Assembly (NCBI GenBank): GCA_030390025.1
Contig: CM059432.1
Coordinates: 149,298,001 to 149,362,000 of the forward strand
DNA: 64,000 nt
Direction: 5' to 3'
From: Squalus acanthias
Taxonomy: Eukaryota
Below are positions 14,038 through 26,182 of the stretch, piece after piece. The first letter of the stretch is position 1; the number at the start of each line of letters is the position of its first letter. The notes beneath the pieces were generated by a model, which was given only the letters and a program-made list of their open reading frames with translations, ran no database searches and was not told the DNA's origin. A program made the translations under genes and the position numbers.

Positions 14038-14914
14038 CTAAAAATGAGGAAGTAGAGCATTCTCATAAGGTAACGTGATTCATGCTTAATATCTGTGCCA
14101 ACAGGCCATCCACTGTACTATCAGCTCAAAAGGTTTTGAAGTTCAACGGCTAGTATTAGGTACCCTAGAAATTTCTCAATACACTAACTGCCCATGGAGT
14201 TCCTCACAGTCAGTTGATGAACAGAAGGTTTTTTCCCCCCATATACACAAGATAGCAAAAGAGTAGAAACTTCAGAAACTTGCTCCATAGAGCCATCTAG
14301 TGGCCAGAGCCCACAAATACACTGTGACAGTTGACATAGAAAAATTAAGTGGGAATTGTTGATATAGCAATTTACAATGGTAAATATGGATACAAAAAGG
14401 TGACCAAAAAAATCTTGACAACAGGAAGAAAGGTTTGGGGATAGGAGAGGCAAGATTAACAGTGGTAGTTGGTATGGGTTCATGCACTTCTTTCACCCCA
14501 AGACTATTGTCTATAAAGCTGCTTTTATGTTGCTCTTTGGCCACGAGCTCCTGTACCATGGGTCTTGCACAGCCAGTGGACACATTCCCACAAACCTCCT
14601 GATATTTAAGCACGCACACTGCCACACTCTGTAATGACGTAACATCATGACGTCACTACTCCACGCATGCCTGCCAGCTAAAATGTCGCAGCCAGCCTGT
14701 GCATGCGTGGAACGTTGGGCCCCACAGTGCAGCTTGTTTACCAGAAGACGTGCTGGATATTAGAAAGGTAACAGTGGAGTTAACTCGCTCTCCCGAGACC
14801 CGGGCTGCGTTGTAAACACAATGCAAAGATGCAGAGTACCACTTTCAGAAAGGAGGGTGAACATGACCTTTTCTTAACTGCGGCATTAATCGAATCACCA
14901 AGTTTTGCAGATGA

Positions 14915-15262
14915 TAGAATGATACAGCACAGAAGGAGTCCATTTGGCCCACGTGCCGGCTCTTTGTTAGAGCTCTCCAATTAATCCCACTCCCCCGCTC
15001 GCTCCCCAGAGCCCTGTAACTTTTCCCCCTTCATGTATTTATCCAATTCTCTTTTGAATGTTACTATTGAATCTGTATCCACCACCCTATCAGGCAGCGC
15101 ATTCCAGATTCTAACCATTCACTGCGTAAAATAGTTTCCCCTCACGTCGCCTCTGGTTTTTTTGCCAATCACCTTCAATCTGTGCCCTTTGGTTACTGAC
15201 CCTTCTGCCCCTGGAACCAGTTCTCTTTATTTACTCGATCTAAACCCATTCATGACTTTGAA
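14915..15262 (-). mobile_element. Decayed CR1 3' fragment
   Basis: Homologous to the tail at 19005-19360. Confidence 0.75.
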
Positions 15263-16387
15263 CAGATAAATCAGGTACTGTAATAGACTAAAGATACTTA
15301 AGTTCTGTGGCAGATGAAATGCCACAGCAGATTTTGTATTACATTTAACTCATTTTGTTCCAACCACTTAATTACACTACTTTCCTTGTCAGGTTAAGAG
15401 TGTGTTAACATCGAGACGGGACCCTTAGCTACTTTCGTCCCCTTCTTCAAATAGAAGAATTGCAGGCCTCAACTTGACCCAGTAACTACCAGCACTTGAC
15501 TTAGACCAGGGGGGCAGAACAAAGAGATCGAGGAGGAAAAAAAAAAATTGGGCCAAGGGTTTAAAAGTAGCCGCAAAGGCCTGCTAAAAAATGGGCCGAT
15601 GCCCTGCCCTCCCTCCTCCACCTGGCGAGCTGGGCTAACTCTGCATCAGCCTGAGAATTCTTTGGTTCATCAGATCAAGAATACCGAGACGAAGGCTGCT
15701 GTTGTTCAGCTGAAATCGTGAAGTCTGTGAAACAGCTGGGTCTTTCTCAGAGGAGAAGTGATACCAGGGAGGGCCCAGAGGAAGAACTTACAGCAAACAC
15801 TTAATTCCACTGTGAAAGAAAAAAAATAACGTGCATCTTCAGGATGTCCCAAAGTGCTTCACAACCACTGAATCACTTTTGAAGTGCCGTCACTGTTGTC
15901 GGTGAACGCAACAGCCGATTTTCAGGACCAAGTTAGTCTGTTTTTGGTGGTACTGGTTGAGGGAAGAATGCTGGCCAGCACACCGAGAAAACTCTTCTTT
16001 AAATAGTGCCATGGGACCTTTTACATCCACCAGAACAGGCAGGTGGCATCTCAGTTTAACATGTCAACCTCTGACAAGGCAGAAACCTATACTTAAGGTG
16101 GCCACACACACACAAATTATAGCCAAGTGCAGAAGTAACGCTTCCTCCAAATTACTCTTCCCTTCAAAACAACATTTCCTCAAAAGTAAGAAAACATTTA
16201 TAAAATGCCAGACAGCAGGCCCTGCACAACTCGATCAAGGGTAAATTCTTCCTGTTGCTGGCTGTACCATATGTACAATTCCAAAGGTGTTTGACAAAAA
16301 AATTGGCTCGCTGTTCAAACGTGAACTAAATTTACATGGTTTATAAACACAGACCCAATAAGTTAGGTGGACAAGTGGCAATGCTGG

Positions 16388-16550
16388 TAAGGGTGGATAT
16401 AACGTCAAAATAGTAGATGGGTGGATATAACAGTGGAAGGGCAGCCATAATGTCAAAATGGTGGATATAACCGGGGCCATGTTGTCAAAATGGCGGATGT
16501 AACCACGGATAATGTCAAAATGGTGGATATAACCGCAAAAGACAAGGTGG
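16388..16550. repeat. Degenerate tandem repeat with core gtcaaaatggtggatataacc
   Basis: Four to five diverged copies. Confidence 0.65.
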
Positions 16551-17308
16551 CAGAAGCCATTTGGAAAGAAATTATTGAAGAGAAAAAGTAACAAAGTAAT
16601 AATTGCCAACTGTTGGAAATCAAAATGTAACATTCATGGTGGATTTCAATATCTCAGAGGTAAAATGGAGACATTAAAAATGATCTCAGAGGTAATATGT
16701 AATTGCTTAACATAAAGCCATTGGTTCAATCACAAGGTTGTGACTGGGCGGGGGCGGGGTGGGGGGGATTTTACTGATTGGAGAAACCTGTATTAAATAA
16801 ATCTTGACTTAGTGTGATTGCAAGATTAGGGAACATAACAAAATAGTCAAGCCTCCCCCTGGGCTGGAGGTACGTAGGAATTCTAACTCCCCCACCTCGT
16901 CGCCAAGTGGGGGCTTTGTCTAATAGACTACTTTCAAAATTGCTCAGTGCTAATTCAATTAACTGTTTTAAAAGGAATTGGATGACAATCTGGCTAAAAC
17001 CGAGATATCGAGTTTGACAGAATAAATTTTGGCACAGTTGATTAAATAGTTCATGGAGCACTAAGAGGCACTTTATATGGAACACTGCATATATTTGAAG
17101 TTTTGGCTTCTTCAGAGAGTGGTCTCCGTCAGGAAAGTTAAGAATGTTAAGAAGAGGCCATGAAAGTGCAGGTTGTCCATGGGACACTGGGGAATGAATT
17201 TGATGGTCTGGATGGCCTTTTCCATTCCACACTTCAATTGTTCTTGCTCTACGTTACAACGATAATAGTTTTCAAATTTATAATAATATGATCAAGTTCC
17301 ACACATAC

Positions 17309-17407
17309 CTCTCCTCTAAATCCGTAAGTAGCAATGCTAGTGAGATCTTCAAATTTCTGCAGCTTGCTTGTAGTAAATCTTTCACAAAGTATTTCCAAAT
17401 CTTCCTT
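17309..17407 (-). CDS. MLH1: MLH1 exon 3 ([33 protein letters not shown])
   Basis: Manual translation; tag acceptor, gtatgt donor; 99 nt as in human exon 3; TTSK and GFRGE motifs. Confidence 0.97.
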
Positions 17408-18349
17408 CTATTTATGAATAAAAGACAAGTTGGGAAGGGGAAAATCAATGAAAAACACATTGTGTTGACATCTGGAAAAATTGTTTAGTAAACTGTACTA
17501 GACAAAAGAGAGAGACTTCTGAGACAAGCAGGTAGTTCTACAAGGTGTCACAAGACTATACTATCAACATGGCAAGAACCACCTCGCACCATCTTATATT
17601 CAGCTGCCGTGGCTCCACTTTCAAACTCCCTCCCCTAAACCTTTCTGCCTCTCTCTCAAACTTTAAAAATCTTCTCATCGCTCTGACCAACCTTTCCGTC
17701 ACTCCTGATCTCCCCCTTCCGAGCTTGGTGTCCGTTTCCTTGCATCTATCTGTGAGCAGCTTTGCTTGTTCCTTTATGCTAAAGGTCCTCTATGTTGTGC
17801 GTTCCATCTTTTTACAAACAATTCCCTTCTTTCCACTTTGTGCAGTCACTGTGCCATGCAACCTTCCAGCCCAAGAGGACAGACTAAGATATTTGCCAAA
17901 AATAGCCCAGCGGAATTGATCCACTGACTTTCTTTCTGTCCTTTTCGGAACCCATTTGGAATGAATTCTACAACTCCTCGTGGTTGAGATTAGAAATCGC
18001 TGTACAAAGGACTATGGGTGCAAGCCTGTTCTATTCTGTCGCACAGTATGCCGTTTGCCTTTTTAAAGCTACATCAATCAACTTTTTTTTAATTGTAAAA
18101 CACTCCCCCAAATGACTGTAAATTGATTTATTTTTGCCCATTTACAAATCATCCGTTAATTACTAATATAACACGATGTAAACTTGGTTCCATTTGTTTG
18201 CTACTTACAATGGATGTGAACACCAGCATCAGCAACGAACAGTCTTAGAAAAATGCTCAAACTAAGCTTATACCAGGACCATTGATCAGTGATGGCACTC
18301 AGTGGGATCTGAAATTTATCCTCAATACTGTCATAGAGTCAGAGTCATA

Positions 18350-19001
18350 GGGGGAAAATTTGGTCGATTTGCGCCTTCCGTTAGCGTCCCAAGAGGGCGC
18401 TAAAGGGGTGCAAAGCAACTAGCGCCTGGGCGCGGCGTTGCCAACGCCTCCCGCGAAATTCAGCGGGAGGTTAGCGGCGGCAGCGGTAACCGTTAGCGCC
18501 GTCATCGCCCCGCTCGCGCCCCAGCTGCGATCTTCGGTAGCGCCCCCTGACTTACCACTGGACGCTATGTCCGACGGGGTCAGGGGGGACCTAGCTGTGG
18601 CCGGGGCGGCGCTAATTAAAGGGGAGGTGGCGGGCAGCCATTTCTGCGGTTGGCCGCCTGCCAGCACCTGCCCCCGTTGCTGTCCCCGGCCCCCGTGAAG
18701 CCCCCCCGCGGAGTGCCGGCTGCGCTCCGTGAGCCCGGCACTCCTCTTGAGTGCCGGGCTCTTTTGACGGCACTCCGATCCCTGGTGGCCCAGCTGGGCG
18801 CCGGGTCGCGCTGTGCTAGGCCCCTCCCCTTTAATAAGGGGAGGAAGACCTGCGCCCCAAGAGGGAGGCGGGGCGCTTCCAGTAGCACCCCGCCTCCCTC
18901 TTGGGGCGCAACTAGTGAATTTTGGGTGTGGGGGCGCTAAAAGTAGCGCCCTGGCCAAGTTAGCGCCCCAAAGGGGGCGCGACCCAATTTCCCCCCCCCC
19001 C
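18350..19001. mobile_element. GC-rich MITE, PIF/Harbinger-like
   Basis: TIRs gggggaaaatttggtcg / cgacccaatttccccc; 3-bp TSD ata; repeated ttagcgcc subterminal motifs; sits in the repeat tail of the CR1 at 19002. Confidence 0.7.
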
Positions 19002-19618
19002 ATAAGAGTCATAACGGCACAGAAGGAGGCCATTCAGCCCATCGAGTCCGTGCCGGCTCTCTGTAAAGCAATCCAGTCAGTCCCATTCCCCCGCTCTATC
19101 CCCGTAGCCCTGCAAGTTTATTTCCCTCAAGTGCCTATTCAGTCTCCCCTTGAAAACATTGTGTGTCCACTTCCACCACTTCCGTCGGCAGCGAGTTCCA
19201 GGTCCTCACCACTCACTGCGTGAAAAAGTTTTTCCTCACATCCCCCCTGTATCTCTTGCCCAAAACCTTAAATCTGTGTCCCCTAGTCCTTGTACCATCA
19301 ATTAGTGGGAACAGCCTTTCCCCATCTAGCCTATCCAAACCCGTCATAATCTTGTACACCTCGATCAAATCACCCCTCAACCTCCTTTGCTCTAATAAAA
19401 ACAAATCCAGCTTCTCCAACCTGTCCTTGTAGCTAAGATCCCCCATCCCCGGAACCATTCTGGTAAATCTCCTCTGCATCCTCTCAAGGGCCTTCACATC
19501 CTTCCTAAAGTGTGGTGACCAGAACTGGACGCAATACTCCAGTTGTGGCCTAACCAGCGCTTTATAAAGGTTCAGCATAACTTCTCTACTTTTGTACTCA
19601 ATACCTCGATTTATGAAG
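19002..19618 (-). mobile_element. CR1 3' fragment (second subfamily)
   Basis: ORF 19213..19578; highly similar to the copy at 52048-52636. Confidence 0.9.
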
Positions 19619-20088
19619 CTGTCCTATACAACGGCCACCTGGATGGCTAAAACTGTGCAGTCGTCCCCAGTTACTTCCTCAGTAGCTTTTGGGGCAAATT
19701 AGGGAACAGACTGGACAAGGGAAGGGGGCGGGGGGGGGCGGGGCGGGGGGAAACTGGCAGTTTACAAAGAGAGAAAACCTGAAGTGAACATAAAAGAGTG
19801 AAAACAGAAAATGAATGATTACAAAAAATAAAGCAATAAAAAGCTGGAAAATACAAGAAAAGGAAATGAAAAAAGTAATATTTGGGGGCCAAAGAAGAGA
19901 AGATTAGAAAAAAAATGTCGTCAGTGATGTAGGTTTTAATAGATATTGGTCCTGCAATAGTTTATTATAGTCTTGTTGCTTATTAATACTTGTTTTTATA
20001 TATGTAGACAATCATAACGGGCTTAGCAGAAGGGTAGACGGGAAATAACTGAACAACGGTACATTGAAATATTGCAGCAGGATCTTGG

Positions 20089-20524
20089 AAAAGAAAGACT
20101 TGCATTTCTACAGCGCCTTTCACGACCACCGGACGTCTCAAAGCGCTTTACAGCCAATGAAGTAGTTTTTGAAGTGCAGTCATTGTTGTAATGTGGGAAA
20201 CGCGGCAGCCAATTTGCGCACAGCAAGCTCCCACAAACAGCAATGTGATAATGACCAGGTAATCTGTTTTTTAGTGACGTTGAATGAGGGATAAATATTG
20301 GCCAGGACACCGGGGATAACTCCCCTGCTCTTCTTCGAAATAGTGCTATGGGATCTTTTACGTCCACCTGAGAGAGCAGACGGGGCCTCAGTTTAACGTC
20401 TCATCCGAAAGACGGCACCTCCGACAGTGCGGCGCTCCCTCAGCACTGCACTGGAGCGTCAGCCTAGATTTTTGTGCTCAAGTCTCTGGAGTGGGACTTG
20501 AACCCACAACCTTCTGACTCAGAA
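20089..20524 (-). mobile_element. DeuSINE copy, near full length
   Basis: Reverse complement of 184-649 with high similarity. Confidence 0.88.
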
Positions 20525-20734
20525 GGCTGGGAACTGCTCAAACGTAGCAAGAACTGGACTGATAATGACATCGAAACTAGATAGATAGGGCAGTGGCCTG
20601 TGTGTCAACCAAGCTTCGTGAAGTATTTTAACTGCTGTAGAAAAATACAAAAAAAAAGGGAAGGACTGGGTAAGGTCAGGTGACACTAGAGACCCTATGG
20701 AGAAAGAAAGGAAGGTTGAGTGTCAACCAGTGAT

Positions 20735-20912
20735 AGGTCTAGGGAAGGTCTAGGGATGGTCTTGGGAAGGTCTAGGGAAGGTCTAGGGAAGGTCCAGGGA
20801 TGGTCCAGGGGAGGTTTAGGGATGGTCCAGGGAAGGTCTAGGGATGGTCCAGGGAAGGTCCAGGGATGGTCTTGGGAAGGTCTAGGGAAGGTCTAGGGAT
20901 GGTCTTGGGAAG
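20735..20912. repeat. Minisatellite, 11-bp unit gggaaggtcta and variants
   Basis: About 16 direct tandem copies. Confidence 0.9.
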
Positions 20913-21468
20913 CTCCATCGGTATGAATTGAAAGTAACAGTATAAGAAAGGAACCCGAGCAGTGTTTAAATGTAGAAGATTGGAGTCGAGTTTGGTAAAT
21001 TCGGGGAGGCACTCCGAGGTGGAGATGGGCTTGGGGCATGAGCCAGAGAGTGCAGAGAACTCTTTCTGTTACCCAAGATATAACGGGGTAGTATAACTAT
21101 TCATTATACCTTGTAAACTGCTGCTTAAGTAAAGGTATTGCTACCAATACGGGTCAACGTTGAATCATTTGGAATAAAGGAAGTACCAAAAAGAGGGATT
21201 CTCACAACAGTAATCCAGTAAATATTTCTGTCCGGCCCTTGTGCAGATTGATAGGCACATAATTGATTATAATGGAGGCATCAGGAAACCATTGTTTTTA
21301 TGATTGTAGAAGTGACAAAGTTATATTGCTTCAAGACATAGGTCAAGGGCTGTGCTTGTAAGCTAGGTTTGGTGGGGGAGAGGTGGCAAATATTTGCCTG
21401 AACCTGGAAAGTGCAGTCAACAATCATACTATCTCCAGAAGCCAACATATATTTTAAATGAGAAATGT

Positions 21469-22904
21469 TTAGAAACATAGAAAAATAGGAGCAGGAGTCG
21501 GCCATTCGACCCTTCAAGCCTGCTCCGCCATTCAATATGATCATGGCTGATCCTCTATCTCAATACCATATTCCCGCTCTCTCCCCATACCCCTCGATGC
21601 CTTTTGTGTCTAGAAATCTATCTATCTCCTTCTTAAATATATTCAGTGACTTGGCCTCCACAGCCTTCTGTGGTAGAGAATTTCACAGGTTCACCACCCT
21701 CTGAGTGAAGAAATTTCTCCTCATCTCAGTCCTAAATGTCCTACCCCGTATCCTGAGACTGTGACCCCTCGTTCTCAACCCCCCAGCCAGGGGAAACATC
21801 CTACCTGCATCCAGTCTATCTAGTCCTGTCAGAATTTTATACGCTTTAATGAGATCCCCTCTCATTCTTCTAAACTCTAGTGAATACAGGCCTAGTCGAC
21901 CCAATCTCTCCTCATATGACAGTCCTGCCATCCCAGAATCAGTCTGGTGAACCTTCGCTGCACTCCCTCTATGGCAAGTATATCCTTTCTTAGGTAAGGA
22001 GACCAAAACTACACACAGTACTCCAGGTGTGGTCTCACCAAGGTCCTGTATAACTGTAGTAAGACATCCTTGCTCCTGTACTCAAAACCTCTTGCAATGA
22101 AGGCCAACATACCATTTGCCTTCCTAACTGCTTGCTGCACCTGCATGTTTGCTTTCAGTGACTGGTGTACAAGGACACCCAGATCCCTTTGTACATCAGC
22201 ATTTCCCAATCTAGCACCATTTAAATAATATTCTACTTTTCTGTTTTTCCTACCGAAGTGGATAACTTCACATTTATCCACGTTATACTGCATCTGCCAT
22301 GTATTTGCCCACTCACTCAACTTGTCTAAATCGCTTTGAAGCCTCTTTGCATCCTCCTCACAACTCACAATCCCACCTAGTTTTGTGTCGTCAGCAAACT
22401 TGGAAATATTACATTTGGTTCCCTCATCCAAATCATTGATATATATATTGTGAATAGCTGGGGCCCAAGCACTGATCCCTGCGGTACCCCACTAGTCACC
22501 GCCTGCCACCCCGAAAAAGACCCATTTATTCCTACTCTCTGTTTCCTGTCTGTTAACCAATATTCAATCCATGCCAGTATATTACCCCCAATCCCATGTG
22601 CTTTAATTTTGTACACTAACCTCTTATGTGGGACTTTATCAAAGGCCTTCTGAAAATCCAAATACACCACATCCACTGGTTCTCCCTTATCTATTCTACC
22701 AGTTACATCCTCAAAAAACTCCTGTAGGTTTGTCAAACACGATTTCCCTTTCATAAATCCATGTTGACTTTGTCTAATCCCGTTGAAATTTTCTAAGTGT
22801 CCTGTTATCACATCCTTTATAATAGACTCTAGCATTTTCTCTACTACTGATGTTAGGCTAACCGGTCTGTCGTTCCCTGTTTTCTCTCTCCCTCCTTTTT
22901 TTAA
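21469..22904 (-). mobile_element. CR1 RT fragment, split by the PLE/Tx1 nest and continuing at 30452-30510
   Basis: Frameshifted RT ORFs 21683-22835; collinear with the CR1 at 2130-2220 across the 7.5-kb interruption. Confidence 0.92.
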
Positions 22905-22980
22905 TGATGCGGAGATGCCGGTGTTGGACTGGGGTGGACAAAAATGAGAAGTCGCACAACACCAGGTTATAGTCCAACAG
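22905..22980 (-). mobile_element. Penelope-like element family A: tail and outer end of pseudo-LTR (left part of the copy split by Tx1)
   Basis: ggacaaaaatgagaagtcgcacaacacc is the exact reverse complement of 30424-30451; same family as the uninterrupted copy at 60986-61165. Confidence 0.8.
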
Positions 22981-24006
22981 TTTTATTTGAAATCACGAGC
23001 TTTCGGAGCTGCTGACGAAGGAGCAGCTGAAGCAGCAGCAGCAGAGTGGTGGTCTCTGTGAGCAGGAAGAGGAGAAGGAGAAGGAGACCAGGCAGCAGAC
23101 CACCACCAACCCACAACCAACAACCACAACTGAGGTGCCTGGAGAGAGAGGACAGGAGAGGAGAAAGAAAAGAAAGGAAGGCCAAGGACATTAACAACAG
23201 AGGAGAGGCCTTTCCCATCACTGCCTCCTCAATTGGCCTCCATTTTAGGAGAGGGAGAGAGGGGAGAAAACAACACAACATCCATCATCTGTTTGGAAGG
23301 AGGAAGGAAGGAAAGAACAACAGCTACAGGTGGGTGTGATTCTGGTGCACTCTCCCAGAGACTTTGTTTTGTAGGTGGGGGGAGGAAAGAAGATAAGAAG
23401 AGGGCCGGAACATCCAAGGGGTGTGTGTGTGTGTGGCTTTTGTAAAAGCTAGGCCGCACACACCATATTAAACACCCCTTTCCCATTGCCTGACCTGGGA
23501 CAGCTGGAGCTGCCTAGGTGAAGTTCCCCAATTAATTTAATCTCATTGGGCATCGTTAAGACCTGGTGCAGGACTGAGCCTGGGCATCTCCAGCTATCCC
23601 AGGTGAAGACATCTTCTCCCCCCACCAGAAGACCACCACCAAAGACTTTTATTACATCGGAGAGTGCACCCCCCCTGGCCAACACCCACCCACCCACCAT
23701 CCTGAGTGGCGACCCTGCCCTTGCGGCTTCCCTCCTTCCCGCCCCCCCTCTCTCTCTCTCTCTTTGTCTCTTGTCTCTCTCTGCCTCTCTCTCTAAGAGG
23801 CACCTCAATTAACTTTTTATTAAGTACCCATTGAGCAGAGGGCAGAAGGCCCCTCTCCTAATTAATTCATAAAAAGGGAGAGGTGTGCCTTCAATTTAAG
23901 AGCTCCCTCTGCTCAGGGGAAAACGAAAACAAAAAAAAAACCAAGGCCATTAACACCTTCAGGCCTGTGACTTGGGGTGAGTGTAGCCCTTAAAGAACCC
24001 TCCATT

Positions 24007-26157
24007 ATGGCGACCACATCTTCGCCGGTGGCGGGGGCAGCGAGGACGTACGCGAGCGTGGCAGCCGCGGCCACGGCCGCAGCCACGAGTCCTCCTGTTA
24101 CCCCGTCACCTTTTACCCTCCTTACGAGGAAGAATGGGGTCAAGAGCTACACTCACCCCAACATGACTATAGAGGCGTGCGTTAAAGCCATGGCTGGGGT
24201 TGTCGGCCCTTCAGCCATCGTCGCCGCCTCTAAAATGTACGGCAAGGCTGTGTTCTTCCTGGGGTCGGAGCGGGCGGTGTCCCTGGCCATCGAGAAGGGG
24301 CTCACCGTGGGCGGGACCTTCCTGCCGGTGGACCCCCTTGAGGCCACCGCGCAAAGGATTGTGGTCTCCAACGTCCCGCCCTTTGTTCCGGGTGAGCTCC
24401 TCCTCCCCCACCTACGTCAACTGGGGGAGGTGAGGTCGGGGATCACACCCATCCCGCTCGGCTTCCGGGAAGCCAGCCTTCGGCACGTCTTCTCCTTCCG
24501 GCGCCAGCTTTTCGTCCGGCTGGCGCGGGAGGAGGACGCGGATGGCGCGTTCACGGTGCTCCACGGGGGGACCGCCCACCGCGTCTTCTGGACCTCGGAC
24601 GGCGCGCGGTGCTACGCCTGTAAGGAGGTGGGGCACGTCCGCAAAAACTGCCCCGCCTCCAAGGCCGCCACGACACCTGGCGCGGCCGGGGTTGGCGCCG
24701 CCGCCCCCCCTCCCCCTGATACTGTCCGCGCGTCGACGGCGACGGATGCGCGGTCGAAATCGGAGGCCAACGCCACCACGGCCTCCGGCGGGGAGGAGGG
24801 AGAGCGTCCGGGGGGAAGGAAGGCGCGTAGGAAAAATAAACACATAAGGGCGGATCCCCTCGCGGAGGAAACATCTGAATTGGCTGAACTCACGCCCGAG
24901 TATATCGCGGAGTTGGTCGGGACGCATGAGACTGGGGGGGTCCTCGTGCCCGGGCCCGTGACCGCAACCGCCGAGGCGGCTAAATCAAGACCTGCGGCCG
25001 GGCTCGGGCCCGAGGGGCCCAAGAAACCCAGTCGTCGGAAGGGGGCAGAGAGGGAGGCCCCAGCAGACATGGAGGCCTCCCCCTCTCCGGGCCCCAACTT
25101 GTTAAAAAGAAAGCTCCGCCCCCAGCAGGAGGACTGCGAGGAGGAAGGTCCCTCCGCAAAAGGGGGGCAGTCGCCCGCCGCGGGTGCTGCGCCCCACCCC
25201 ACCACCGTCATCGTCGCGCGCGATCGGCAGGGGTCGTCTGTCCCTCGGGAGGGTGAGACAGACGAGTCTGTCCGACCTGTGCCTCCCGGGGATGGGGAAG
25301 AGACCCTGCCCGTGGGGGGGGGCGCGGAACAACCCGCGGAGGGAAATGTAGTACCGGAACCGTTGCTCCTCGCCGGGTCGGGCGTCCTGGGGACTGGGGC
25401 GGGCGAGGCCAAAGAGGCTGAAGCCGAGCCCGCCTTTTATAACCCAGACATCTCCCAGGGACTGCTCGACCTGGTGGAGGAGTGTAGCAATCCCCAGCCT
25501 GCTGGGTCGGAGGTTGGTGGCGGGGAGACGGAAAGCCCCCTGACTCCGTCTCTGTTGTTGGCGCCGGACGTGCTGGAGGAATTTGGGATTATTTTCTCCC
25601 CGGTTTCTCCGGTCGCCCCGGCGCCTGAGGCGGGGGGGGGCCCCGAACCGCCGCCGCCGCCTCCCGGCCTGGCGCCCCTGAAGGAGCCCAGGGTGGACTC
25701 CTCTGCCACCGATCCTGGGGGTGGGATCGTGACGGAGGCGGGGCCGGCCGGTGCGGCCGAGCCGTTCGCTGCACCCCGTGCGACGGACGGGTCGGCCGTC
25801 GGTGACGACCTCCCGGAGGAGGACGGGGACTCGGTGTTGGGCAACGAGGACGATTTGGAGTCCATCGGCAGCGAGGTGATGGACGCCCTCGTGCCCTTCA
25901 CTGACTCTCCCCTCATCCCCGTAGGGGAACTCCGGGATTTTATGGCCGTGAGCCAGGGTCGTCACAAGAAGATCCGGCTGGCCCTCGACAAGTGGTCGGA
26001 GCTGACGCTGCTCGTCGTGTCCGTCCGCGCCGCCGTTAAAATCATGGGCGCGGACAAGGACGTTGACCGGCTCGAGCTGCGTCGGCTCAAGACGTTCCAC
26101 ACTGGGCTGCTGAGGGAGTGGCGGTCGTCAGTGACCGCCCTCCCTCCCCTCCGTTAG
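24007..26157 (+). CDS. Tx1 ORF1, gag-like nucleic-acid-binding protein
   Basis: Open frame 23977..26157 with first ATG at 24007; zinc knuckle CYACKEVGHVRKNC (CX2CX4HX4C) after a Tx1-ORF1-type N-terminal domain; low-complexity C-terminal half. Confidence 0.88.
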   Translation: MATTSSPVAGAARTYASVAAAATAAATSPPVTPSPFTLLTRKNGVKSYTHPNMTIEACVKAMAGVVGPSAIVAASKMYGKAVFFLGSERAVSLAIEKGLTVGGTFLPVDPLEATAQRIVVSNVPPFVPGELLLPHLRQLGEVRSGITPIPLGFREASLRHVFSFRRQLFVRLAREEDADGAFTVLHGGTAHRVFWTSDGARCYACKEVGHVRKNCPASKAATTPGAAGVGAAAPPPPDTVRASTATDARSKSEANATTASGGEEGERPGGRKARRKNKHIRADPLAEETSELAELTPEYIAELVGTHETGGVLVPGPVTATAEAAKSRPAAGLGPEGPKKPSRRKGAEREAPADMEASPSPGPNLLKRKLRPQQEDCEEEGPSAKGGQSPAAGAAPHPTTVIVARDRQGSSVPREGETDESVRPVPPGDGEETLPVGGGAEQPAEGNVVPEPLLLAGSGVLGTGAGEAKEAEAEPAFYNPDISQGLLDLVEECSNPQPAGSEVGGGETESPLTPSLLLAPDVLEEFGIIFSPVSPVAPAPEAGGGPEPPPPPPGLAPLKEPRVDSSATDPGGGIVTEAGPAGAAEPFAAPRATDGSAVGDDLPEEDGDSVLGNEDDLESIGSEVMDALVPFTDSPLIPVGELRDFMAVSQGRHKKIRLALDKWSELTLLVVSVRAAVKIMGADKDVDRLELRRLKTFHTGLLREWRSSVTALPPLR

Positions 26158-26182
26158 GTAGAGGTTGCACTATGCTTCTGAG

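Noticed and set aside
18419..19033. GC-rich 204-aa ORF or CpG island as an internal promoter
   Set aside because: Lies within a TIR-bounded MITE
22950..22985. Tx1 target as a U2, 5S or tRNA gene
   Set aside because: The flank matches none of these as I recall them and instead matches the palindromic hammerhead repeat at 61 kb
23012..23040. Plus-strand hammerhead at the Tx1 5' end
   Set aside because: CUGACGA is present but the matching stem II strand and GAAA are missing (reads GAAG); treated as a remnant
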